A DNA stretch of 64,000 nt from Octopus sinensis (lineage: Eukaryota), in the NCBI RefSeq assembly GCF_006345805.1, contig NC_042999.1:76136001-76200000 (forward strand), in the 5' to 3' direction. Both the position numbers and the translations under genes were made by a program. Below the pieces are notes generated by a model, which searched no databases, was not told the DNA's origin, and was given only the letters and a program-made list of their open reading frames with translations. Below are positions 11,776 through 24,679 of this stretch, piece by piece; positions within the stretch are counted from its first letter, which is position 1; each line of letters begins with the position of its first letter.

Positions 11776-12751
11776 ACGTGTGTGCCAGTCAGTGTATAAT
11801 TGTATCAATAGATGGATGGATGGAATAGATGGAAGGACAGATGGGTTGGATGGATAAATAGAGAGATAGATAAATAGATAGAGGGAGGAAGAGAGAGACA
11901 GAAAGATGCAGACAAATTGTGAAAATTGTACAGTAGCTAATAAAAACAACTAACACCCTAAATTGTGCACGAAATCGTGTGCATGACAATATCTGTACAT
12001 CTCTATCTATTTTTATGGGATAGCTTTGTTTACACTTGTGTGCATGTTTGTTTATTTATGAGTGGCGAACAAAAACAAAAGGTATTATTCTAAGTTAAAA
12101 CGTAAGCAGAACATTATTTCCATGAAGAATTCATTTACATTTATCAATATTTTTAATCGGAATTATCGTGTAGGATTCTACATAATACATGTACATGCTA
12201 TTCCAGGTGTGTTTCCTCAATATAATTTAGACAAGAGTAATGTCGTTGGTTATTTGCAATATGCTGTTAGCTTTTACATTCGACTCTGTTGAATCAGTTA
12301 GCAAACATTTCCCCAAAATATCATAGAAATTACAAATAGACATAAAGAAATTATTCAGATGTAAAAAAAGAAGAAAGAATTATAAAGGAACAATGGACCA
12401 TTTTGTATATTTTACTCCATATTATTTTATTTCCTCTCTCTCTCTCCCTCTCTTTCTCTCATATATTACTTTTATTTTATTTTACTATATTTCACAATAC
12501 TTCTATTCCGAGGTTCTGCTATTTCGATCCTGTCAGTTCAAAACTGTTAAGCGGTGGCGGTGACTGTATTGGTTGGGCAGGCACAATAGATAGATAGATT
12601 GCGTGAAATTTTTATAAATTATGGAGTATTGCATGGACATTGAGAGACGGTGAGTTAAGGAATGGGCGGGCGGTAGGATTATTATATTGTAACATCACAT
12701 TCGCCCAGTTGTTAGTGAGACGAATCGTTTTAAATGTAAAAGGATCTGCCC

Positions 12752-12782
<31 letters not shown>

Positions 12783-13016
12783 TATGGACATATACTCATA
12801 TATGTATGAACTGTAAATGTCTCACTCATTTTCTCGCACTCACTCTCTCTCTCTCTCTTACATATGTGTGTGTATATGTACATACACATATATGTATGTA
12901 TATATATATAGGTATATATATATACACACATAGAAATATATATGGTATATATATATATATTATATATATATATACATATATATATATACATATGCATATA
13001 TATATATATATACATA

Positions 13017-13076
<60 letters not shown>

Positions 13077-13371
13077 TATGCATATACATATCCACATGCA
13101 AGTGAACATGCGGGAATGTATAAATAATAAAAATACTTGAATGAAGAAATTATGGAACTGACAGCCTGTTACCAAACAATAAGTAAAATAACCAATATCA
13201 AAATCACAAAAAAATAGCAATGGGGAAACGTGTCAAAAGAATAACAAAGTAAAGCTGCATATACATATATAAATACTTAAGAAGAATGGTAAATGTAATT
13301 CTACATTTGTAAAACTGTCTAAACTTGAAAGATATATCAACCGATAGACGCATCAGGAAATGATATAATAA

Positions 13372-13588
13372 TAATAATCCTTTCTACAATAGACACAATG
13401 CCTGAAATTTGGGGGAGGGGGTTAATCGACTAAATCGGCATCAGAATTTGGTTGCTAGTTTATTTCATCAATAACGTAAAGATCAAAGGCACAGTTGACT
13501 TCGGCGTTATTTGAACCCAGTACGTTAAAGAACCTGAAGAAATGTCGCAAAGTATTTTGTCTAATGCGCTAATGCTTCTGCCAGCTAG
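13372..13588 (-). mobile_element. SINE family A (Meta-like central domain), near full length, diverged
   Basis: reverse complement of head TGGCAGAAGCATTAGC and tail ...GTAGAAAGGATTATT. Confidence 0.8.
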
Positions 13589-13589
13589 T

Positions 13590-13604
13590 TACTACTACTA
13601 CTAC

Positions 13605-13652
<48 letters not shown>

Positions 13653-13810
13653 TAATAATAATAACAATAATAATGATAATAATAATAATAATAATATTAA
13701 TGTTATTATTATTATTATTATTACTATTATTATTATTACTATTATTATTATTATTATTATTATTACTATTATTATTATCATTATTACTATTATTATTATT
13801 ATTATCGATA
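13590..13810. repeat. (TAA)n/(TTA)n inverted trinucleotide array
   Basis: direct reading. Confidence 0.95.
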
Positions 13811-13811
13811 A

Positions 13812-13982
13812 TATTATTTCAAAAATTTTGCCACAAGGACAGCTTGGAAGAGGTGGGGATAAGCCGATTAGATCGACCCCAGTGTTCAACTGGTACTTAT
13901 TTTATCGACTCGAAAGGATGAAAGGCAAAGTCGACCTCAGCATAATTTGAACTCAGAAAGTGCTAGCGATTCTGCCAGCTCG
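13812..13982 (-). mobile_element. SINE family A with internal deletion
   Basis: aactggtacttattttatcgactcgaaaggatgaaaggcaaagtcgacctc...gattctgccagctcg. Confidence 0.9.
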
Positions 13983-14015
13983 TTAATAATAATAGTAATA
14001 ATAATGATAATAATG

Positions 14016-14080
<65 letters not shown>

Positions 14081-14129
14081 AAGAAGAAGAAGAAAGAAAG
14101 AAAGAAAGAAATTTACAAATTCTGATAAA

Positions 14130-15490
14130 ACCATGTTATTCTGCCAAATATTCATGGGAAACTGTATACTTTGAATGTCATTGATAAAGAAAATAACAAA
14201 ATGACGAGTTCGACAAGAACAATTAAACAGATATTTGATGAAACCTAGAAATCTAAATAAAACGGCTTGTCTTAACTCCTCGGTTCTCGCAAATATAACA
14301 GGAAATGTATAAATGGACACGATAGGAATATGTTTCCATTATACTCCCGTATTTTACAGCCAGAATCAAACCAAAACCGAAACCAGGACACTATACACAT
14401 AAAGTTTGAGGGAAATTATCCCAACAGAAAAGCTAGCATCAAAAGTTAAAATCTCAAAGCCAAACAAGTCTCAGAAATAGAACACTGGACACAATACATT
14501 ACAAGAATTAAAAAATATATATTGCGTAGGTAATTCACAGAAATTGGAATAATATGTGCAGATGAGACAAAGTAAATAACAACTACGCAACAAAATTCTA
14601 GAACTTCTACAGAATACTGACAGCCAAAACCTGAGCATTAACAATATGATACAAAAAATATAAATGAAAGTGAATATGTGGACGGCTTTAGAATAGAAAA
14701 TTCTAAAACGGGAAACCATGAGCGTGACAATCGAAAGGCAGATATATTTAAATTAAAAGCATGAGAACTTTATATGGACCAACGGAAGTAACTACCAAAG
14801 ATAAAACTTAATGATAAAATAGGAACAATATAACTGCAAATTTGGCTACCATACACTTTATGACATCAAGCACGAACATTCATATCTCCAGGTTAAACGA
14901 AGTAATATAAGAAGCAGCCACAGCAGTTGGAAAGGTAAATTGGCATTTCCTCAGATCTACTCGTACTTGAATATCAAAACGCATGCAAACACTTTGGAAA
15001 ACAATCAAACAGGAAAAGATAGGAAAACAGATCTCCCCAACCTTAATGAAATCAATAACGAAACAGCAGAGCCGGAAAATAAAAGAAAAAGAGGCAATAA
15101 ATACTGGAATATACAAACAAATAAAGAAGTATCCAAAATGAACGAATACCAGGAACACGCAATAAATCCGTTGGAATGGAAAGAGAAAACAATTCTTTAA
15201 ACCAAACAAACAGTTCAACTTCAACTATAGAATTATTTTATGAAGAACTAAGGAAGAGTGAAATAAAACGCTGTACATCACTAACAAAAAGAATGTAAGA
15301 ATCAGTGGGTGGTATATGGATAGTAAAGTAATTACCACGGGCAAGATTGTCCAAAACACAACTGAACAATCGAACGTTACAGATTCACTCGCAAAGTTGG
15401 AAACAATCCTAATCTCGAATACTGACAAAACAGTAAACCTTAAAGGAAGCGCTTCCACAACGGTCGTGATGTCTGGTAAAACAACCTAAA
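14130..15490 (+). mobile_element. Highly degenerate R4/Dong-like LINE (region upstream of RT)
   Basis: A-rich strand, broken frames resembling LNEVI*EAATAV and FYEEL; begins directly after (TAA)n(GAA)n. Confidence 0.4.
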
Positions 15491-17462
15491 TTCAGAGCAG
15501 AAATGTATTGAAAATATTAATTTAGCTATAAAAATCAATTAATGATTAAAAGTACCCTAACCAAAGAGGAAAGGAGAGACTGAGTATAGCATAGATTCGC
15601 TAGCCATGGGTAGTTTTTTTTTCAAAATTGCATTGAGAATGACATAGTTATATATTTAAAAAAAAACATAAACACAAATTTGTTATATACTTATGCGCTT
15701 ACATGCAAACATATACACATTCATATACACTGTAAAACAAATAGAGATGTCCATACTGTAATGGACGTCGTCTACCTAGAAGATGCATACATCCTGTACT
15801 CAGTCAGCGAAAATGAATTTAATACATTACGATTACTGAGAAAGTGATACACATTTTTAATGTAATTGGTTATGTAAGATACTATTCAGGCAGAACCCTT
15901 GATATCTTTAGATTGCTTGGCAATGAAATACAATACACAGTGCATGTTTTGTTAGTTCAGCTTTTAAATGGGTCGGCAAAAAAAAAAGTCAAAAGTATTT
16001 CTAAAGTTCGATTCGTGACTTGCATTATTATCAATAACGGATTCCAGCTGCTTTTGTATTGATTTGTTTTACACTGAAATTTCAAGAATCATAAAAAAAT
16101 TCATACCAGTGTTTCACGTCGTCTACTTTCCAACAAAGATCTCTATTTCCTAATATTTTAAACCTATTGTTGTTTTTTTTATACTTCAGAAACAAAATAA
16201 TTAAATACATATATTCCCTCTTTGTATTAGCGATAACATAAAAAAAGACATCTGAAGGAGGGGGAACTCGGTTAACATTACTTTTCTCATTTATTCTTGG
16301 TCCACGGCTCCTGTGGATTTTTAAACACAGAATTTACAAAGGTGAAATTAAATGGAAAGCATATAAGTACGTTGGTCACTGTGCTGCTAAGTCATTGATA
16401 TATCTAACAATGTTACGCTGGTTTTATTGATTCAGTGAAATTTCTCGGTACTAGTCTCTTTCGACTGAATAGAAAATATCCATACTTAAACTGAAGGGGA
16501 AAATGAGAGGAGTGGTGAGCTTGAACCGTTTTCCACTTTCAATTTCATAATTTAAATATGTATCACATTTAAGACATGCTAGGAGTTTAACTAATGATCT
16601 ATTGTGCTTGACACAAACAATTTTAATATCGAAAGGACCTACGCATATATGTCTACGTATCTACCCGTAAAATAACAGTAAATGGCTAACAGGTATAAGA
16701 AATATATAATACCAGTCGCAATTCTATACTACGGTCGGAGTTTTTGACGAAAAAAGGCCGAAAATACAGGTGAACAGAAGAATTGGATTCGACCAAATTT
16801 CGTAAGTTAGCAAGACAGGCATCAGCTTTACAATGTTGCAGTTTCTTGCAGGAGATAGTTATCTACATCATTCTACCTATTTGTGTCATGTTATATTAAT
16901 GCATTTTGAGTTAAGTGTCTTGAGCAATAATAAAACTACTTACTGGTGATAGCATAAGACCATAAACCTATTTACTCTTAGTCATGGACCACCGTCTCTA
17001 CCATGAGCATAAAAAAGCATGCTAGTGATATGAGGTGAAATCAACTGATAATATACGTTAGACCACTACAACGCGTAAAAAAAATTTGGCATGAATTAAA
17101 TGCTGCACTTATAGTTAATGCATGGAGGCTTTTCATCAGATATGAAAGCAACTTTCGATTTTCATATAACACTAGCAACTTTACATAGCATATAACTTTA
17201 ACCGCTAATGGAGATAAAATAGACATGTTTTGAGAAGTGTTCTGATATTTCCGGCATCAGAGATACAATTATACATCCTAACTATGAATACTAAAAAATT
17301 CTTACAACTTTTGTGACCAATTTGAAAGCCCTCTATGCTATACATACGTGAATGCAAATACGCACACACGTACATACGCATCACCTTTATATTAGAATTG
17401 CGAGGAAGATTCGCATTCCTAACTGCTGGAGACTTATGTAGATATAACATTAATACTTCTGC

Positions 17463-17534
<72 letters not shown>

Positions 17535-17604
17535 CATATATATATACTGATATGTGTGTGTGCAAAGACATACACACACACGCATATATATATATATATA
17601 TATC

Positions 17605-17636
<32 letters not shown>

Positions 17637-18796
17637 CTAGCATTATGAGCCGTCGTTGCCTGGTCATAGTCTTAGTGCATGTATATATGTGTATATATAT
17701 GTGTACATATTACATGCACATCTATATTTATACATCTACACATAAAATACAAAATACAAAGTTATATCTTGATATCGCTAATGATAACAATACTCAAAAT
17801 ATATAACAGACTGGAATTGTAGGCCCGTCTCTTGTAATTTCGATCAATTGTATCTTGTCCTCCCTCTTGTATAGAAGTGTGGCTACAATCCAGCCTACCT
17901 CTACTTCTGTGGGGACATTTTTAATTTTTATCCGGGACGTCATACGTCCCAGATATAAAGGTGAAAATAAAATATTTCCACTTTGCAAGGTTCGAGTCGA
18001 ATACTCCCTTGCACGCTCCGTTGACTCGAACCTTGCTTCTATTGTGGCGAATTTACCGCCTCTGGTTAGATATATTTCATAGTTGCACCAAGACTCATTT
18101 CGATGGTGCTTATCTCCAGGTGTTCAAATCTTTTTTTCTCTATATTGTATACTTTATAGACAATAGTCTTTTCTTTAATTTGATTTTTTACTTCGTTTGG
18201 TGGTGTTATCCTAGATTCACCGTCTTTGTCAGTGATCAATCCGAAATAGGTTTGTATTTCTTCCATTTTAATTTTAATGAGTTCGCGCCCGCCGACGGCT
18301 GCAGCGAAATTCAGTTTTGGACTTTCTTATAATCGAAGGCATTCTAACAAAAATGCTTCCGTGTAAACGGTGAAAATATTGTCAATTTCCTCAAACAGGG
18401 ACACAATTCAATTTTTAAACAATAACCAAAGCTCTTTCTCCCAAAGGGGGAGGGTTACAATTTACAATTATTTAACAAATGCAACACAACATTTCCCTTA
18501 CGAGGAACCAACAAACGGGATAACAATAGTTAAACAGTAACAATAATAACAAACCTTACAGTGAATCAAAAAACAGTACGCAATTGAAGCTATAGTCCTT
18601 TATGTATAATAGTCCATCTGGACTATTCCATTTCTGTACGCTAATTTTATTTTTCATTTATTCCCATTCATGTGAAACCACTTATTCAAGTTCAAGTCAT
18701 TGATGCAATTTTATACTAATTGTTATTTTACTCTTATTATGTTACGGTTATATTATACTTTAGTTTGATTTTAATTATTACTTACAACATATAATT

Positions 18797-18798
18797 CA

Positions 18799-18829
<31 letters not shown>

Positions 18830-20310
18830 CCAGTTTCAGCTCACGAGCTGTGGCCATGCTGGGGCACCGCCATTTGGTGTTGCTACTTGGTTTCACTTCA
18901 TGGAGGCTTTCTAGCAACTGCTATTTGGTGCATGAGAGAGTTCGATGCAGCTGCCCTCATCTGCCCCTCCTGCCGTGAAGTTGGTTCATCTGGGACACCT
19001 GACAGGAAGAGATCCAGCTCCATTTTAAAGACATCTGTATCCACCCCATGCAGGTCTCTCAGGTTCATCGGGAGGATATTGAAGAGCTGTGGGCCTCGGA
19101 AGCCCAGGCTATCACAGAATCTTGTCCTACATCTTGATGGCAGGTTTGGAGTCCTAGGCACCACGCAGTGGCGCCCAGTTCTGGCGTTTGCGTAACTCTC
19201 GATGCCAAAGTTCAGGACACTTCCCTCCAGGATCTTCCAGATGTATATTATGGCATATCTTTCCCGCCTACGCTCCAGGGAATATAATTTTAATCTCTTG
19301 AGTCTTTCCCAGTAGCTTACATTCTGCATAGAGGCTATCTTCTTCGTGTAGCTTCGTTGGATCGCCTCAAGTTCTGTGATCAACTTGACACTGGATGGTG
19401 ACCATAACTGAGAGCAATAGTCAAAGTGACTTAGGACAAGTGTCTTCCAGAGGACCATCATGGTTTCTTGTTCTCTTGTTCTAAAGGTTCTAAGAATCCA
19501 TCCAGCCAGCCGTCTGCATTTCATTGTCAGTTTAGCAACATGTACATGAAAGGTCGCGTCATCACTCATGTGAATACCCAGGTCACGCACTGATTGTGCC
19601 TCTGGGATTGCAATCCCTCCGGGTCCAGTGTATTCCTTGGGTATTGCATTCAGTTTTGCATGCTGATAGTATAAAGCTTGAAACTTTTCAGCATTGAACT
19701 GCATGCTATTCTTTTCAGCCCACTTGTATATTTCGTCCAGCTCATATTGCAGGTGCCTAGTGTCTTCAGGGTTCTGTATTGCCTGTGAAATTTTTGTATC
19801 ATCTGCATAACTTGTGATCGTGACTCTCCGCGTGGCTGAGGGCATGTCTGAGAGGGCCATTATGAACAGTAGTGGTCCCAAAACAGTGCCCTGTGGAACA
19901 CCGCTCACTATTTGCGTGCTAATGGAAGTGGCCCCATTGGCTACTACCACCTGACTTCTATTCTTCAGAAAGTCGTGAAGCCATTCTCCTAGTTTTCCAA
20001 CTATGCCAAGATCACGCAGTTTGTGACATATCATTCCATGATCGACTTTATCGAAGGCCTTTGCGAAGTCGAGATATATGACTTCCACATTTGAGTGGTT
20101 GAGCAGTTGTTTCAGCACCCAGTCATAGTGCTGCAGGAGCTGAGTTAAGCAGCTTCTTCCTGGTCGGAAACCATGTTGGGTGTCAGGCAGCAAGTCATTT
20201 TCTTCAAGGAAGGTGATTAGTTTCCTTCTGACTATTCGTTCCATGACCTTGCTGATGTGTGAGGTCAGAGAGATAGGTCTGTAGTTCTTGGCCTCCGCTC
20301 TGCTACCTCC
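18797..20310 (-). mobile_element. Young 5'-truncated CR1/L2-group LINE with (AATC)n tail and 7-bp TSD
   Basis: uninterrupted RT ORF, short 3' UTR, (AATC)n tail, TATAATT at 18790-18796 and 20311-20317. Confidence 0.92.
18898..20310 (-). pseudogene. LINE ORF2 reverse transcriptase domain and C-terminus (5'-truncated)
   Basis: NYRPISLTS, QHGFR, LDFAKAFDKVDH, GVPQGTVLGPLLF, YADD, LYSLERRRERY; frame open from the truncation point to the stop. Confidence 0.95.
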
Positions 20311-22005
20311 TATAATTGTTATTATTATCTCTAATTTTTATTGTTAAAGTGAAGGTATCTGACATAAAATAGAGAAATGTTTTTATTTCACTTTTAACAC
20401 GTAATTCTGAAATAGTGGAGAAGATATGATATTGCTATGGGCTCGCCCTTTTTTTTGCCGATGACACTCTCCAGACCCTAAGTAAGGCATGTGTAAAATT
20501 TGAATGAAATTGGTTGTGTAGTTCTCAAGTTTTAGGGAAACACAGACAGACAGACAGACAAAGAGACAGACAGACAGACACACATTCTCAGTTTTATATA
20601 GAGAGAGATGTACGTATATATATATACATGTATGTATATATGTATATATATAATGTAAGTAGGTATGTGATTTTGTATGAAGGTGTATATATATGGATAT
20701 ATGTGTGTGCGTGTGTATGTATGTATGTATGTATGTATGCATGCATGCATGCATGGATGAATACATTATTTAAACAGATGGACTATATTAAAGCGTTTGC
20801 GGTTATGGCTATGAATATGTAGAGGCTCTTAGAACTAAGGTAAACAAGGAAATACATCAAGAATCAATGAATAAACATCACTGTTTAATGTGTTTAAATG
20901 AGTTTTATATATTTAAAATTGTATAAAAGAATGTAAAATAAACTAAAATATATTCACTTTAGATTTGACATCACTTAGCAGCAATAATGAAATAATAAGT
21001 GTAAAAGACATCCATCATCTCGGTTTTATATTGAATTTATTAATGCTACCTTAATGTAGCATTCGCAAAACATGCAAACAATTTCATTAAGCCTCTGCGT
21101 ATCCAGTTTTAATTAATGAAACTGTAACTTATATCAGCAAGTTGTACTTAAAAATTACTAATAAAATTTTGATGAGAATACACAACAAGCCTTCGCAGTA
21201 CTTTGGGTCAGAAGTTCTGACTTTGTGTCCATGTAATGAATCGAGACTGGTGCAAATACAACTAAATATTTCTGTTGGCGTTATTAACTAAGAGCGGAAA
21301 TAGCAGGTAATGTATATTGTCAGAAATCTACTGTTAATTAATTGTGATGTTTAGATTAAAAGCATAGAACTGTCTCGATATGGTAAACATAACTCTAGAA
21401 ATCCTTTCATAATATCTATGAATATTATTTGTAAAAAAATAAAAATACAAATAATGAAATAAAACGTTAAGAGAAATATAATGCAGTTACGTTACAGTTA
21501 CATTAATTCAATTAGTGGAAGCCCGAACTCCGTTGATTATTAGCTACTACTACTACTACTACACAGACACACAAACACACGCACACACATATATGTTTGT
21601 ATGTGTGTGAACGTGCGCGTGTGTGTAGCTTGAAAATTTACTCATGTAAGTCTTCACTAGAACCAACCGTCCTGTGCCAAAAAGGGAAACATCTATGTGG
21701 TCATTCGATCATCTAGAAATAACAGCCAAATCTCTTAAATTATATACTGACACCGTTATAAACAGAAAACATTGCATGAACTCATCCTATACACACAATA
21801 CAAAAAAAAAATAATTAACACTAAGTTAAACTCATAATGGTTCAAATATGTTTGACCTGCTATTTTCTTTGGCCAGATCCCCATTGAGACTAAACTACAA
21901 CTAAAACAACATTACCAAAACAACACAGTGAATAGGACAATGATAACCATTGTGCGTTACAGAGCTTTTGAACTTAAATGAAATAAGGATCGACATCTAC
22001 CTGAT

Positions 22006-22411
22006 TTCTCTTTCTCTTTCTCTTTCTCTTTTACTTGTTTCAGTCATTTGACTGCGGCCATGCTGGAGCACCGCCTTTAATCGAGCAACTCGACCCCGGG
22101 ACTTATTCTTTGTAAGCCCAGTACTTATTCTATCGGTCTCTTTTTGCCGAACCGCTAAGTGACGGGGACGTAAACACACCAGCATCGGTTGTCAAGCAAT
22201 GCTAGGGGAACAAACACAGACGCACAAACAAACACATATATATATATACATATATACGACAGGATTCTTTCAGTTTCCGTCTACCAAATCCACTCACAAG
22301 GCATTGGTCGGCCCGGGGCTATAGCAGAAGACACTTGCCCAAGATGCCACGCAGTGGGACTGAACCCGGAACCATGTGGTTGGTTAGCAAGCTACTTACC
22401 ACACAGCCACT
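22006..22411 (-). mobile_element. Full-length SINE family B (tRNA head, CORE-like box, LINE-like tail)
   Basis: minus strand AGTGGCTGTGTGGTAAGTAGC...GGGTTCAGTCCC...CTTGGGCAAGTGTCTT...GGCGGTGCTCCAGCATGGCCGCAGTCAAATGACTGAAAC then (AGAGAA)n. Confidence 0.92.
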
Positions 22412-22555
22412 ATACTAAGAGTATATTTCTACTACCTTATCCATATTCAGAGGACTTAAATTTAGAACAGCAACTTTATGAAATCAGTTTATATGTCACT
22501 AGCCTTTGTCTCTCTCTCTATTTTACTGGTTAATATTTGTAATCGTATTAAAGCC

Positions 22556-22650
22556 CCGAGCTGGCAGAATCGTTATCATGCCGGACAGAATGCTTAGCAC
22601 TATTTCGTCCGTCTTTAGGTTCAGGGTTTAAATGCCACGAGTATCGAATT
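22556..22650 (+). mobile_element. SINE family A head fragment
   Basis: gagctggcagaatcgtta...gaatgcttagc..tttcgtccgtcttt. Confidence 0.8.
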
Positions 22651-22654
22651 TGGG

Positions 22655-22960
22655 AAGAAGAAGAAGGAGGAGGAGGAGGAGGAGGAGACGGAGGAAGAGG
22701 ATGAAGAGGGGGAGGATGAGAAGGAGGAGGAAGAGGATGAGGATGAAGAGGAAGAAAATGAGGAGGAAGAAAATGAGGAGGAAGAAAATGAGGAGGAAGA
22801 GGATGAAGAGGGGGAGGATGAGGAGGAAGAGGATGAGGAGGAAGAGGATGAGGAGGAAGTGGAGGTGGTGGAGAAGAAGGAGAATAAAAAGGAGGAGGAG
22901 AAGAAGGAGAAGGAGAAGAAGAAGAAGAAGAAGAAGAAGGAGAATTGGGAGGAGGAAGAG
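22655..22960. repeat. Polypurine (GAG/GAA/GAT) tract with 15-bp higher-order units
   Basis: repeated gaggaggaagaaaat and gaggaggaagaggat units. Confidence 0.95.
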
Positions 22961-24679
22961 ATAGTGAAAAATTTGTTAAATAAGACAAAATTGAAAGATG
23001 ATAAGCAGGTACAGAGCGTGAGCTGAACAAAAGCTATCCGGTCGTTCCTGAGGAGTCAAATCCTATTGGTTGTAGAATAGACAGTGGAAGGAAACACTTA
23101 ATCGGTGAGGCAGAGGTTGTAAATTGTAAGTGGAGAGTTGTTTATTAAGTGACTGGTCAATAGATATGCTACTTTTCGACGTGGACCGGTGTGAACATGC
23201 TGATGCTGATGCAACATCAGAGTTGTGCGAGTTGTACCCTAATGTTAGTGTGGGGTTTAACAATTTATTTGTGTGAGAACATCGAGTAACTGGCATTTCT
23301 GAATGATTAAGGATCTCTTTGTAACGAACACTGGAGCGATTTTCATTTGGTTTTATTTATCTCAAGGATATTTCTGACGTAAGTGGTATAAAATAATTAT
23401 ACTGAGTATCATCAGATCGATCGTGAGTTAATTTATCAGTTACATCGAACAGAAGGGAATATACGTCAAGCATCAATGTGTGTGAATGCACTGATTTAAA
23501 ATACAAAAACTAATAACTTACAAAATACACGTCATGATTTTTCGCATGCTTTAGATTAATACATTGGAGAATCATGTGTATCTCCCAAGTGGATATAAGC
23601 ATATTCACATCTACGTAAGTTAAAATCAGTCAAACGCCTACAATTTAGAGAGAGAAGGAAGCTATGAAAGAATCATAATGTAATTATGTAAAATTTATAA
23701 AATTTTCCAAGATCAGAAACCCGATACTGTAAAATATAAAAACACAATGAAACAATGATATATGAGATTAAAACTTCTCCAGAATTGTAATTGAATAAAA
23801 GCTGACTTTCGATGAAAACCTACAACTATTCACAATAACGAATAGATTCAATTATGTAATTGATAGTGAAATTACTGAAATGAAATAAAAGTTAGCAACC
23901 GGAATGGAATTTGAACTCAGTCTCTATTAGTTTTAATCGCCATAATATCGATGCTTTTCACATGAACAATGAACAAAATTTAAGGCATTATACAGGATAT
24001 TGTATGACGTTTATGTAATAGTAAAGGCATTAGCGGCGAAATTTAAATGAATTCAGCCGAGAAATCGAAACTCCAAGTGTTAAATCTGAAGGACCGAGAA
24101 CATAACACTAAATCTACTGTACGTATCAAATGAAAGACACCATTATTACTTTCTTTTGATTTACCACAACGTTGTATATTCACAGAAGGTGGGGTCTGAC
24201 AATTCGCGCAGTTCATGATTTATCTCTCCAAAATGGAATGTTAAGGAACATAAATCTAGAACGGACTGTGTAACCAAGCGCGGTTGAAAAATGTCTTAAA
24301 ATAGAAATCGATATTTAAATAGCAAATAAGGGCTATATTACGCAAGAAATGAAGATTCTAGTGTGATGTGTTTAAAATATATTTTATATATTTCATAGCG
24401 CCATTGTTCCTTAGGAAGACATCAACGTTGAAATATCTGTTTCCTCAGATGTTTCTCTGTTCTAACAATTTGTTGATATTTGGTGTCTTTGTGTCTAGCA
24501 AAGAAAAATCGATGTTTAATTAATAAGATGAATGTCCAGTGATAGAGATTGCTCGCCAATAATCTGATTCAGCCACCCAGTTTTTATTTCTACCTGAAAG
24601 CATTTGCCTCATTTAGTGGACAATGATATTAGGATATGAAAGCAAAAAGTAATGAATAATCTGATTTTCTCACTCCTGT

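Larger units (their letters stand above)
17636..20609 (+). mobile_element. Helentron/HINE-like non-autonomous element interrupted by a LINE
   Basis: 5' ACTAGC..GCCGTCGTTGCCTGG; 3' aaatttgaatgaaattggttgtgtagtt...(GACA)n...ttttatatagagagagat, the DINE-1/HINE-type layout. Confidence 0.5.

Noticed and set aside
22548-23030. Proline-rich (extensin-like) and arginine-rich (protamine-like) ORFs
   Set aside because: Both are readings of one polypurine repeat and run into a SINE.
23009-23131. Possible plus-strand exon ending at a GTAAGT donor
   Set aside because: No pyrimidine tract before the candidate acceptors, and the peptide is unrecognisable.
24421-24455. Minus-strand CTGAGGA...AACGTT hammerhead-like string
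   Set aside because: GAAA is missing and stem II overlaps the core; at best a relic.
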